Assembly: GCA_951406725.2 (NCBI GenBank)
Contig: OX597819.1
Coordinates: forward strand, 50,592,001 to 50,656,000
Direction: 5' to 3'
From: Octopus vulgaris
Lineage: Eukaryota
Length of the DNA: 64,000 nucleotides
The position numbers and the translations under genes are program-made. Shown in pieces: positions 41,276-55,506 of the stretch (the stretch's first letter is position 1; each line of letters begins with the position of its first letter). The notes beneath the pieces are model-generated. The model was not told the DNA's origin and searched no databases. It saw only the letters and a program-made list of their open reading frames with translations.

Positions 41276-41967
41276 TAGATTCGTAGATTAGTTGATCAAA
41301 GACTGTAGGTCAAGTGTCCAATTTAAATCAGTTGTTCTAAGATTATAAGCAATGCATCTTATATGGTCATATACTACATCGTGTGATTTCAGTTTATAAA
41401 ACAGTCACCGCTTGATCATCTCATGTGGTCTCAACTTGCACACTATTCATTCCATGTTGCCATATAATATTGAACAGTCATGCGTATAATCACATTTGCT
41501 AATTCACCCATCCTGTATTATTTAAACTTGTATATTAGTTATCTCATGTGATCAACACTTGTAGATCAATCGTGTGATAACTTGTAGTTCTGTCATCTCA
41601 TATGATCACAATTTGAAGAGTATAAACTATTGATACTCAGCAAAGCTCAAGTGAGGCCCACAACAGTGTATTGCTGCACATACAGACATCCTAGATCAGA
41701 TACAGAAATGGATCACTCAACTCATAATCATAAAGTCACTCACAGACATTTCCAGTTTATGCCCATAGGCGTGCTCTCTCCACGCTCAGCCTCTTTTTTT
41801 TTACCGCTAATATAATTACCTTTGCTCCTTGGAGGTTCCTCGGCTCAAGCCTCCACTTGAGCACTCCAGTATCACTCGTCCCTCCTCATCGCATATTTGT
41901 ATTTTTCAATACCCAGGCCTTGCAATATCATCTGACCTAATTCTTCCTTTTCAGAATGTCGCCTCTC

Positions 41968-42196
41968 TGGCGAGCTGGCAGAAGCGTTAGCGCGCCGGGC
42001 GAAATGCTTAGCGGTATTTCGTCTGCCGCTACGTTCTGAGTTCAAATTCCGCCGAGGTCGACTTTGCCTTTCATCCTTTCGGGGTCGATAAATTAAGTAC
42101 CAGTTATGTACTGGGGTCGATGTAATCGACTTAATCCCTTTGTCTGTCCTTGTTTGTCCCTTCTATGTTTAGCCCCTTGTGGGTAATAAAGAAATA
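41968..42196 (+). mobile_element. SINE family A
   Basis: Full-length copy with imperfect 14-bp TSD AGAATGTCGCCTCT / AGAATATAGCCTCT. Confidence 0.9.
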
Positions 42197-43108
42197 AGAA
42201 TATAGCCTCTCAAGTTCTCACACCCAGACCATGTCTTAGCCACAATTGTTGAATTACAAAAATGGGTTCAAGTGGAACATTAATGGCAACAGTTCTATCA
42301 CTATAGGAGAGAGTTGCAAAATCCATCGGCACTACTCCTCCTTCCAGACTCAGTAGATAAATAAAAATAAAAAACTGTGTAAAAAACAAATACGCCATAT
42401 TGTCAAAACAGGTAGATCCCTATTTTCATATAATCGCAGCTTTTAGATCAGTCAGTCAGTCATTTTATTACAACCTGTACATCAGTCATCTTACGTCACA
42501 AAATGTAGACTAATTCTCCCGTATGATAACACCGGTCGATCAGTCAAGTCATATGATTGTAGTTTGTAGATCATCTATCTGATGTGATAACTGCTTTTCA
42601 ATCAATCTTTTATACTGGTCATCTCATGTGGCCACAAATTATAAATTGGTTGACCGAGCAATACGAATATGATCACAACTTTCAGATCAGTCGTATTTTG
42701 CGATCGCAGCTTGTAGATCAGCCATATTTTGTGATCTCAGGTTGTAGATAAGTCGTATATTACGATCACAGCTTGCAGATCAATAAATTCAAGGCAGGTA
42801 TATACGGTTGAGTGAACGATCTCACGTCAATCAGCGAAATATCTATAGCAATTACAATGACAATCAATAGCTTTTATAATTGTGTACTTAATAACCGGAT
42901 TATATTCACATCGATTGAATATCAGACTCAATGCATATGGCACAGAGAGATAAGTATACACACACACACACAGCCATTTAAGCATAAATATTTGCATCCA
43001 CACACATACACACACACACACACGCGCGTGCACACATACACACACGTATGCATATATATATTCATGTATGCATATATATATGTGAGCATATACGTGTGTG
43101 CATACGTG

Positions 43109-43163
<55 letters not shown>

Positions 43164-43221
43164 CTATCTCTCTCCCTCTCTCTCTCCCTCTCTCTCTCCC
43201 TCTCTCTCTCTCTATCTATCA

Positions 43222-43315
<94 letters not shown>

Positions 43316-43423
43316 ATATCTATCTATCTATCTACATATATACATATATGTGTGTGTGTCTGTGCGTGCATATGTGCGTACATATATTCACACGAAAACA
43401 TGCAACAGTTTGCAATTGTATGA

Positions 43424-43457
<34 letters not shown>

Positions 43458-44240
43458 CCGTACAATATGCATATGTGCGTATATATATATATTCGTGTAT
43501 GCTTATGTACGTGTGTGTGTGTGTGCACACACAAACACACACACAAATATAGCTAAGTGGTGATTCACCTACATGCTGTCTACTTTTCATCAAGAATCGA
43601 TCTATGTATGTAAATTGCTCTCATTTAAACTATTATACGTCTACGACATTTAAGAATATCCATAGCAACTGGAATACCAGAAATGTATTATTGGGATTAT
43701 GGAATTCTTCAGAGAGAATTTGGTGCATTCCAAATTACCATAATTAATTTTGTAGGAAAAAATAAATAAATAATATTAATATTATATATAAAAAAAAATT
43801 TGAAAGAAAATCAAAACAAAACTTAAGGGCAAACTAAAAAAAAAAGATAAGAAGCAGACCGCAAAAAAACTCCAACAAAAACATGAAAAAAACTAATATG
43901 TATTTAATGCTAAGCGGTGTGTGCGAGGCTGGAAGAGAAAGACATAATTTGTGATCGGTATCGGTTGATGGCGGATAGAGGGTGGAGGCTGGAGGCTGGA
44001 GGTCGGTGGTAGGGGAGAAGTAAATTTAATGGAAATGGTACGAAGTGGTACTGGATATACTTGGGGGAGGTGTCTTGTTCGCAATCACATGAGCCTCGGC
44101 TTCTAAATGTTGCCGTGTTGATTAAAATAAGTCTTTCAGACATGCCACACACACGCACACGTGCATGCATACCTACACGCAGATAATACATGCATGCACG
44201 TGTATGTTAATGTACACACACACACATCCATCTATCTATC

Positions 44241-44291
<51 letters not shown>

Positions 44292-44525
44292 GCATATATA
44301 TATGTCAAAGGTCACAAGTTCAGATAAAGCCATGTGCCGGCACTTACAATAAAGCACGCAAATAGAAGTCTGAAAGTGAATCAGATACTTAATCCATGGG
44401 GTTTTAGAATTTACATGCATATCTGTATGCATGTATGTATGTATATCCGTATGCATGTACGTATGTATATCTGTATGCATGTATTTGTGTATATATGTAT
44501 ACGTATGTGTGCATATATTTATACG

Positions 44526-44618
<93 letters not shown>

Positions 44619-44990
44619 AGAAATATCATTATTTCTAATTCTCTCTAAAAGAAACTACGGCAGCGGTACTGGATATTAATAGTTATCACCAAGCTAGCAT
44701 GGCAGTCCAAATAAATAGGACGAATGCTGCCGCTGATTAGTTCCAAGAGGGCATCGCCTCTAGTTAGCTATGTGACACACAAACCTGTGTCCATTATAAC
44801 CTTCGAACAGAGGAGGTCATCAGCTTTCCGTTGCTGGTCTGGCATCCACTGGCTAGTTTTGAGATGTTTCCCTCTTATCAGTGTGGAGTAGCCGAATCCA
44901 GCAGGCGTCGCTACTGACAGACTGTTCGAAGGATTATTTACCTAAATTCAGTGGAATAAATCCACTGGTTTTCAATACACATGCAATCGT

Positions 44991-45037
<47 letters not shown>

Positions 45038-45362
45038 TGTGTGTGAGCAGGCATGGCCTAGTGGTTGGCCTAGTGGTTGGGGTGTTGCACTCACAATAAT
45101 GAGATCGTGGTTTCACTTCCTATACCGGGTGGTGCATTTTTGTTCTTGAGCAAAACATTTCATCTCGCGGTGGTCAGCAATCACTTCGACACCTGACGTG
45201 TGGTGCACCTTGCACTTGTTTAGGCAACGTGGATTTGATGGCGAGAATGAGCCAATGTGTGTGTGCGGCACGAACATTTGATCACTATATACAGATCATT
45301 TGTGCAGGTCGTTCGGCAAAAGCTGAACGTTCATACGTCGTATTCGACGGGAGAATACATTG

Positions 45363-45408
<46 letters not shown>

Positions 45409-45909
45409 TACATACTACACACACATATATATGATATGACGGCTGTCCACTCGTCACCGAGAAAGATCATCACTGACCATTGCCTATGCAAAATGCTACC
45501 AAAATGTAACAACCTCTCGCCGGCGGGTCAGCAGTAGTAGCTAGACGACTGTCCATTGTAACTCCTCCCTCCTGTTCCAAGCTGAGCAAGTAGCTCTTTA
45601 TTTATGGCTCATATCCTACGAAACGAACTGCAGCTATTTCAATAACTGTAAATAACCAGTTGTGCTTATCGTTGGACAGGAAGAGTTTTTGCCAGATAAA
45701 GATCTTAGCATATGGTACGCTTTTATTGCATCCTTCTCCTCGTTGAATTGTAAGCTTGATCAAGAATATTCTCTTTGGCTACTTAGACTATAAAATTACG
45801 CTGTTGCTGTTGTTTGACCTGAATTCAATGCTGAATAAATAGACATTTAATCAAATACGATGTGTGTTTGTACACGAGTGTGTGTGTATGTGTGTGTGTG
45901 TTTATGAGT

Positions 45910-45948
<39 letters not shown>

Positions 45949-47696
45949 TGTTTGTTTCTGTCTCCTACCACTGCTTGACAATCGCTGTCGGTTTCTTTAT
46001 ATTCCCGTGACTTAGTGAATCGGCAAAACGGTCTGACTGAATAAGTACCAAATTTAGAAAAAAAACAAAACAAAATAAGAGCTGGTGGTGCTCTTCAACG
46101 CGCTACTGCAGCATGACTGCAGTTAAATGACTGAATCAAGTAGTAAATACAAGATGAAAGATATATACTTCCTTAATATCGATGAACTGGTTATGACTGA
46201 TATTTCTAATCTGCAATTTATCAGAATTACATCTATTCTAATTAGAGTATATCTCGCAAAAACGATAAATAAATACGTTGACACACGGTTTATTTCTAGA
46301 TTTATATGGTATTTTTTATGTTATGGAAAGAGCTTAATAAGCTAATATCTCAGTAATGATAGAGGGGGCATCATTAAATCAATATGACTCAGGACACTTG
46401 CTCCAAGATCTGTCAGTATCATTTAGTTCTTGTATTCAAACCGTCGCATCCTCCTCTTCGCTCGCTCATTTTATCTTCTTCACCTGCCTCTTTATTTCTC
46501 TCTTATTCTTCACATTCTTTTCTTTTTCCTATCTTCCTATCCAATCACTTTCTACTCAACTAGCAGTCTCAACATCTCCATCTATTGTCCCCACTTAAAA
46601 AAAAATTCTTTGTGGCTAGAATGCTCGGTAACATTCTCTGGTGAATTCCTCCTTACTTCAGACAAAATATAGGATTGAAACATCGCTAAACTAATAAACA
46701 AAGTAACAATAACAAAAAAAACAAGAAACAAAAGCAAGAAAAAGATCAGAGGTCCTTCCCGAGCCATAGTCTAATGAGACCGGGTTTTTTTTTCATTCTG
46801 TGGGATTGAACCCAAAACCACATCGTTGGGAAGCAAGTTTCTCAACCACACGCCTGTGAGATGTAATCGTGATAAAGTATATCCGAAAAAAGCAAGAAAA
46901 TAGATGGTAAAATCACGGGTGGAGCGCTTTTGATAAAGCGCCTGTTTAATCATTTAATCATGTTTTCTCCCTGGACTGGCGTTGGTCCGTCGCAGGTTTA
47001 CTTATGTTTGCCTGCAGAGTGGACTGGAGGAAAGCGAAATGAAGTGCTTTGTGTTTGGATACAATGTATTGCCTAGTTCAGGAATGGAAACCACAACCAT
47101 ATGATCAGGCGTGGAACATGTTAAACACTAAGCCACGCGCCTTCACACGTAGAGCAATAAGGATAAATAAAGGTTCGCTAAAAATTCGCAGAGGTTCTGA
47201 CACCGGCTGATCATATTTGAGTTAATCTTGTATTTTATACTTGCTTCACTCATTGGATGCGGCCATACCGACTTAAAGAGTTTTAGTCGAATAAATTGAC
47301 CCCAGTATTCTTTTCTAAGCCTTGTACTTTTTCTATCGGACACCTTTTGCCGAAGCGTTAGTTTACGGTGACGTAAAAAACCAACATCAGTTGGCAACCA
47401 TTAGAAGGGAACAGTCATAATTCAAACCCAAAGACACGCACATAGATAAACCCACCCACACATACATGCATTCACAGGGCTTCTTTCAGTTTCCGTCTAC
47501 TTAATTCGCTCACAAGTCTTTGGTCAGTTCGGGGCTATAGTACAAAACATTGCCCTTCTGGCTACGCAGTGGGACTGAACCCAAAACCACATCGTTGGGA
47601 AGCAAGTTTCTCAACAGCACCGCCACGCCTGAGAGATGTAATCGTGATAAAGTAAATCCGAAAAAAAAAGAAAACAAAGACAAACAAAAAACAGAT

Positions 47697-48095
47697 GGCG
47701 TAGGAGTGGCTGTGTGGTAAGTAGCTTGCTTACGAACCACATGGTTCTGGGTTCAGTCCCACTGCGTGGCATCTTGAGCAAGTGCCTTCTACTATAGCCT
47801 CGGGCCGACCAAAGCCTTGTGAGTGGATTTGGTAGACGGAAACTGAAAGAAGCCCGTCGTATATATGTATATATGTGTGTGTCTGTGTATCTGTGTTTGT
47901 CTCCTCCAACATCGCTTGACAACCGATGCTGGTATGTTTACGTCCTCGTAACCTTCCTAGCGGTTCGGCAAATGAGACCGATAGAATAAGTGCTAGGCTT
48001 ACAAAGAATAAGTCCTGGGATCGATTTGCTCGACTAAAGGTGGTGATCCAACATGGCTACAGTCACGTGACTGAAACAAAGTAAAAGAGTAAAAG
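47697..48095 (+). mobile_element. SINE family B, full length
   Basis: Complete head to tail. An older minus-strand copy lies at ~47230-47620. Confidence 0.9.
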
Positions 48096-48329
48096 AGAGA
48101 GAGAGAGGGCATAACCACGGGTGGAACGCTTTTGATGAAGCGCCTGTTTAATCAAAGCCGAAATGGAACTTAACAACAAACAACAACCACTACCACCACC
48201 ACCACCACCACCACCACCACCACCACCATTACCATCTGCTTGAGGATATTTAGAGTGGATCGTTAAAAGTGAATGATTGTCTTGCTTTACATGCACGTAA
48301 GCGTAATACAAAGTGGTGCCGATCACAGG

Positions 48330-49310
48330 ATAAGAAACAGGAACTTCTGGGTTAGTTTTTTCCAATTATCAATCAGTGGCTTTGAGCCCGTAAATTGGTG
48401 TAATTATTTCGATGAACACTTATGAATAACAGCCGCAGAGTGGCACGCGGAGTCACATGCACTGCCATTGCCCAGATCACAGACTTTGACATCGTCGGAG
48501 ACCAATGGACTACCAACAACAACTTGCGTATAACAACGGGTTTAATCTGGTTTCTTCTAAAGCATTCCAATCTGTCCAGGGAAAAAAATATTATAAAATA
48601 TAATTATTAGTGACAGAAACAGTATTAGTACCAAAAGGTATTATTAATCCCTACTTGAAAGTGGGTGTTGTGTTAGAACACAAAATACTGTTATAGTTAC
48701 CACGAGAGAAACTCACATATTGGGTTTCGGTGTATATAAGCGCTCTTATTTACATCGCTAGCGGGGAGATAAATTATCTGCAATCGTCACCGCCGAGACA
48801 ATCTGATTACGGGACTTCGCCATCGCTGATCATAAATAACTGTTAGCGATATGCATCGAAAGCCAATATAGAAATTCCTCTCATGATAACTATCGCACTA
48901 TTCTGTTTTCTAACGCATCATCATATCTTAACTGGGGGTAAATATTACCTATTATAAAATACCCCTTGTGATAAAATACCCCTTCCGATTACGGAATATG
49001 AACCAAGAACTGCTTGGTTTGTTTTTCCATTCATCTATCAAAACTACTTTAAACTCGTCGATAGTGGGTAACTATTTTGACGAATACTTATTTGCGGATA
49101 ATGACCTGTTTAATCTGGTTTCATCTAAAACATTCCAGTTTGATCAGGGAGAAATATTATCCAATACCCTAGTGATGATGTGGACTATATCTGCGTCCAG
49201 TATTCCCAAGGAAGTCCGCCATTTTGATGAATCTGATGAATATGGCAAAATCAAACTAAACTCGATATTAACTGCCGGCCTTTTGAAGACGCTTGTTCGA
49301 CAGAGCTCAG
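48330..49310 (-). pseudogene. Two diverged, scrambled Tc1-like transposase remnants
   Basis: 48540-48595 aligns with 49108-49160. Minus-strand peptides RVLD..SP, WNVL and PTIDEFKVVLIDEW resemble the Tc1 C-terminus. Confidence 0.4.
48637..48949. mobile_element. Old MITE with ~105-bp imperfect TIRs and GGTA...TACC termini
   Basis: GGTATTATTAATCCC...ATAGTTACCACGAGAG...ATATTGGGTTTCG aligns with the reverse complement of 48847-48949. Confidence 0.6.
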
Positions 49311-49470
49311 GCATGCATACATACATACATACATACATACATACATACATACATACATACATACATACATACATAATATATACATACATACATACATACA
49401 TACACACACTCGCATATATATATATACATATAAATATATATATATATATACATACACACACATATAAATA

Positions 49471-49533
<63 letters not shown>

Positions 49534-49712
49534 GCACATATATATGCACAGGTATGGATACATACTTTCCTGCAGGCATTTATATACATACATGCATATA
49601 TACATACATATATATATATGTGCGTGTGTGTGTGTGTATATGTATATATTTACATATATATATGCATATATACATACATAGATATATATATATGTTTGTG
49701 AGTATGTACATA

Positions 49713-49814
<102 letters not shown>

Positions 49815-50711
49815 ATATATATGTATATATACGCATACATCCAAATGCTGATATTTAAGCATAAAATCATACGTACATACATACATACATACATACATGC
49901 ATACATAATACATACATACTCATGCATACAGAACACTCGTATAAATGACTACGATAGGATCTGTGATGGCCACCACGAAACGAAGGAAAATATTAACTTA
50001 ATTTCCTAAACAAACATATATTAACAAGCATTTTAAAGTAAACAGATAAGTGATCAAATATGGCGGGTGAGCTGGGTGCGTGGGGTGAGTTGAGGCGGAG
50101 TGGCGAGGAGGCAGCGCGGGGTTTGGGGGGGTTAGATATGTGCAATCTCTTTTATGTACACACATGATCCATTGAATGTAGCTGATGTTTATATACCAAA
50201 GTGGAAAAATAATAATGAGCAAAAACAACAACAACAACAACAACAAAAGAAAAGAGCAAAAAACGAAAACTGATTCGAAACAAAAGAAATTTTTTGTTGT
50301 AATAATAACAATGATAATAATAATAATGATGATGATTATGATGATGATGAAGATGATGAGCAAAGCTAAACTAACAGTGAGCATATGTAAAAAGGCTTCT
50401 ATAGACACGGGGATTTTCATATTTGTAGAAAAGTGTTTGACTATGAGAAAGTCTATTACTGTAATACAGGCGAGAGTACGAAGGCAAGGCTATGAATAAT
50501 GAGATTGCTTCGCCGTTGGTCGATATAGCTGAAGACGTGCAAACAGTTTGGACAAATAAAGACAAATTTAGTAACGAGCTTTTGATATTCTGTGCAATAC
50601 ATGAGAAATGGTTTGGTCAAATATTGTATAAGAGAAAACAATATATCGGAGATGTCAATAGCAGCGGAAATAGTAATGGACGGAGAGCCGGGGAAGCTTG
50701 AGAGCTGCATG

Positions 50712-50742
<31 letters not shown>

Positions 50743-51264
50743 GATGGAGAGTAAAGGGAGAACAGAGGACAAAAGGCAGATAGAGATAGAGGGAAAGAAA
50801 GAGAGAGAGAGAGAGAGGGATGAGAGAGAACTTGAATGAGGGAATAAATGGATGAACGAGAAAGAGAAAAAGAAGGACTGAGTGAGGGTGAGTTAGAGAG
50901 ACAGATAGGAAGAGAGAGGGAGGGAGAGAGAAAGAAAGAGAGTTGGAGAGAGATGGAGAGAGTGGGAAGAAGGAGAACAGAGGAAAAAGGCACATAAATA
51001 TACAGAGAAAGAGAAAGAGAGAGAGAGATAGAGAGAGAGATACAGATATACAGGAGAATTTGAAAGAGATATTAAATGGATGAAAGAGAAAGAGAAAAAC
51101 AGGGATTGAGCGAGGGAGATAGAGAGAGAGAAAAAGAGAGAAAGAAAACGAGAGAGAGAATTAAGCAAGAGACAAACAGAGAGAGAGAGAGAGAGGGAGA
51201 GAGATTAAGAGCAAAACTTAGAGAGTTGAGAAAGAGAGAAGGAGAAACAACTTGAATGAAAGAG

Positions 51265-51302
<38 letters not shown>

Positions 51303-51802
51303 GGATGAATGAGAAAAAGAGAGAGCGATGAGAGAGAACTTGAATGAGAAAGCAAAATGATGAATTAGAAAGAGATAGAGGAAAGAAGAGAGACAGAGAG
51401 AAAGAGAGATTAAGAGCAAAACGGATACATGAGAGAGAGAGAGAAAGAGGGAGAGGGAGAGGGTGAGGAGAGAGGATTAGATAACGGTAGAGGGTAAGTA
51501 ACAGACATAATATAAGTGAGTTCGTGATTGCAAAATATAAAAAGGACGTTGAGCGAAACGGAGAGAAAAAGGAGAAAAGAAAGAAAACTGCAACGGGGCA
51601 GTGGACGACAGAGAAGAAGACAGCAAAAGGATGAGAAAGGACAGTAATTAAAAGAGCGTAGTACAAGGGGGATAATGTAAGAAGAAGGATAAGGTAACTG
51701 GAAAACTGGGAGCGTGGAAAGACAGGTGGACAAAGTGCGGTGGGTGAGAAAATGTTGAGAGCAGAGTACGTACATGCCATGTACATATCTATCTATCTAT
51801 CA

Positions 51803-51872
<70 letters not shown>

Positions 51873-52171
51873 TTATTTATTTATCTGACTATCTATCTAT
51901 TTATCTATCTCTCTGCCCATCTATTGTCTTCATGTTCTTAGTTCAAATTCCGCCGAGGTCGACTTTGCTTTTCATCCTTTCGGGGTCGATAAATTAAGTA
52001 CTAGGTGCGTGCTGGGGTCGATCTAATCGACTGGCTCCCTCTCTCAAAATTTCGGGCCTTGTGCCTAGAGTAGAAAAGATTATATATATATAAACTTCTA
52101 TCTACTTATTCTTCCATCTACTATTCCTCTATAAACTGCGAATTCCCTGTTTAGAACATTCATATATACCT

Positions 52172-52249
52172 TGTCTCTGATGACGTAATACCCAGCGTAT
52201 GGCGACGCTTACCTATAACTTTGGATATCCCCGAAACAGCTGTAAGGCA
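52172..52249 (+). ncRNA. Type I hammerhead ribozyme motif (Penelope pLTR-type)
   Basis: TGTCT-CTGATGA-[stem II region]-GAAAC-AGCT-GTA-AGGCA. 5-bp stem I, palindromic AGCT loop 3, GUA cleavage triplet; stem II base decayed. Confidence 0.75.
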
Positions 52250-52371
52250 TCCATTAATAAATAAATTAATTAGTAATCTCAAATTCACCTTACTCTAATT
52301 AAATATTGTAATTGACTTGAGATACTCGTCCTGCCTTGGCTTTTGTTGTACTTTCCCCCCTAATATATATC

Positions 52372-52481
<110 letters not shown>

Positions 52482-52793
52482 AATTTAAATAACAAAATAA
52501 TATATGCATGTGTAGTCATTGAATAGAAAAAATTTGTTTATAAAAATACACACAAAGGTACAGGAAATTGGAAAACTATATAAATAAAGATTGCGTATAT
52601 ATTGATACAAATACGCAAAAAAATTACACGCACACATACATGTTTATACACACATACACATATGCAAACAATGCCAATAGGGAAAGGAAAGCGAAGGGGA
52701 AAAGCAGAGATCATATCGTGTAATACAAGTATTTAGTGTAAAACTTTCAGTGGATCCCTTTATCTACCTGCGCATATGTATGACAACATATAT

Positions 52794-53000
52794 AGGCGGC
52801 GAGCTGGCAGAGACATTAGCGCGCCGGGCGAAATGCTTTAGCGGTATTCGGCTGTCGTTACGTTCTGAGCTCAAATTCCGCCGAGGTCGACTTTGCCTTT
52901 CATCCTTTCGGGGTCGATAAATAAAGTACCAGTTTCGCACTGGGGTCAATGTAATCGACTTAATCCGTTTGTCTGTCCTTGTTGTGGGCAGTAAAGAAAT
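52794..53000 (+). mobile_element. SINE family A
   Basis: Standard head and Nin/Deu-like domain. A 5'-truncated copy also lies at ~51935-52080. Confidence 0.85.
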
Positions 53001-53046
53001 ATATATATATATATATTTATGTATATACAGAGAGAGAAAGAGAGAG

Positions 53047-53095
<49 letters not shown>

Positions 53096-53294
53096 TTGAA
53101 CTGTCTCAAGTGTAATTGCCCTAAACAGTAAGGACTTCAGGTAACTTGACAGAGGAAAGAAGGCTACGAATGACCCGTCTCTTTTCACCTGTTCTTCTAA
53201 TTGTTGTTTCTTCTGTCTGCTTTTGTATCGTCTATCTGTCTGAATATTTTATTGTTCTCTATTGCGATTGTGTCCCATTATGTATATATATATA

Positions 53295-53796
<502 letters not shown>

Positions 53797-53937
53797 AGTG
53801 TATGAATGTGTTTATTTACGTGTATTTGTGTGTGTGCACAAAGCTTACGCTAGTACGGACGCAAATGTATACAAATAGAGGAATACACAAATTTACACAT
53901 GCATATTTACATGTTCATACATGTGCACACAAGAACA

Positions 53938-53979
<42 letters not shown>

Positions 53980-54204
53980 TGCACACACACACACGCATGC
54001 ACACACACAAACATGCAAATATACAAAACATCATCGTCTTTCTCCAATGTCTTCTACGTTTACCTTAAGATTTCGCTATTTCACACTATTTTTCCTTTGT
54101 ACTGTTACTCTTTCGCTCAAGTCTCTCTGTTCCCCTTTCTCTCCCCCTCTCTTCTCCTCTCTCTCTCTGTGTCCTCGTTCCCCCTCTTTCTCTCTCTTTC
54201 TCTC

Positions 54205-54975
54205 CCGTAAAAAGATGACACTGAGCATTAAACTTGATGTTTTAAAAAGGCTTGATGCCATAGGCAGAAAAAAAAAATCAACCACCTTTTCCAAACTTGC
54301 CACATTTATAGTGAAAAAAAAGAGAGAAAATTAAGTTAGTACCCAAGAACTTACCCCACCAACTTCTCAGACTCTAATTTCTATTCATTTAATGTGCTTC
54401 AGGCTCCCAATCTCGATGTAGTGAGTTCGATTCCAGGACCAGGCTGTGTGTTGTGTTTATTTCACATTGCTCCGGTTCATTCAGCTGTAGAAATGAGTTG
54501 CAACATCACTGGTGCCAAGCTGTATCAGCATATGTCTTTCCCTTGGATGATGACATCGGTGGCGTGGAGAGAAGAGGCTGGTATGCATGGACGACTGCTG
54601 CTCTTCCGAAAACAACCAGACTTGTCCCTCGAAGGAAAACTTTCTGGGTGCAATCCCATGGTCATTGACGACCGAAGGGGGACTTCACTTTTACTTTAAT
54701 GTGTTAATTCAAATGGGACGGCCCTTAAATAAATGAATCGAAAAATTATATACACAGAATGTATCCGTAACTTACGTTTTCCACAAATAGAAGGCGTTCA
54801 TCAAATTCGAAAAGGCATTGTAACACTTGTAAATGATATAGGATTTGAAGAAATCATAGAGGATGATCCGGTTGAGTTGCTAGTGCATCACTGAGAATAT
54901 CTATCTAACGAGAAGCTGATGTTATTAGAACAAAAGCAAACTCAGAATAAGGATGAGAATATGGAAATTCTAGCA
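54205..54975 (+). pseudogene. Internally deleted pogo/Tigger-like transposase remnant, interrupted by a family D SINE
   Basis: N-terminal RKKMTLSIKLDVLKRLD (CENP-B/psq HTH-like) and C-terminal IVTLVNDIGFEEIIEDDPVELLVHH*EYLSNEKL. Confidence 0.6.
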
Positions 54976-54976
54976 A

Positions 54977-55391
54977 AGCGCGAGCTGGAAGAAACGTTAG
55001 CACGCTGGGCGAAATGCTTAGCAGTATCTCGTCTGTCACTACGTTCTGAGTTCAAATGCCGTCAAGGTCGACTTTGCCTTTCATCCTTTCGGGGTCGATA
55101 AAATAAGTTACGTACTAGGGTCGATATAATCAACTTAATCCGTTTGTCTGTCCTTGTTTGTCCCCTCTGTGTGTAGTCCCTTGTGGGCAGTAAAGAAATA
55201 AGAAACGTTAGCATACCGGGCGTAATGCTTAGCGGTATTTCGTCTGTCTTTACGTTCTGAGTTCAGACTCCGCCTAGGTCGACTTTGCCTTTCATCCTTT
55301 CGGGGTCGATAAGTACCAGTTGCGTACAGGGGTCGATCTAATCGGCTGGCACCCTCCCCCAAAATTTCGGGCTTTGTGTCTAGAGTAGAAA
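54977..55391 (+). mobile_element. Dimeric SINE family A with perfect 21-bp TSD
   Basis: AGAATATGGAAATTCTAGCAA at 54956-54976 and 55392-55412. Confidence 0.9.
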
Positions 55392-55506
55392 AGAATATGG
55401 AAATTCTAGCAACCACACTCAAGCTGTCTGTGATGAATAATGCTAAAGGCATTCCTCTCTCTCTCTCTCCCCTCTCTCTATGCGCGTGTGTACGTGTTTG
55501 TGTGTA

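Larger units (their letters stand above)
40708..42785. repeat. Old degenerate 31-bp minisatellite (TGATCACARCTTGTAGATCAGTCRTMTYWTG-like), interrupted by insertions
   Basis: Clearest at 42670-42785, with consecutive 31-nt units. Decayed units at 40708-41050, 41280-41620 and 42400-42660. Confidence 0.7.

Noticed and set aside
48510-48600. Apparent minus-strand terminal exon (acceptor + WNALEETRLNPLLYASCCW*)
   Set aside because: The segment, including the would-be intron side, is homologous to 49108-49160, which lacks the AG and resembles a Tc1 transposase remnant.
50678-50687. TGGACGGAGA, the 5' end of miR-184
   Set aside because: Match stops after 10 nt and no precursor hairpin is evident.
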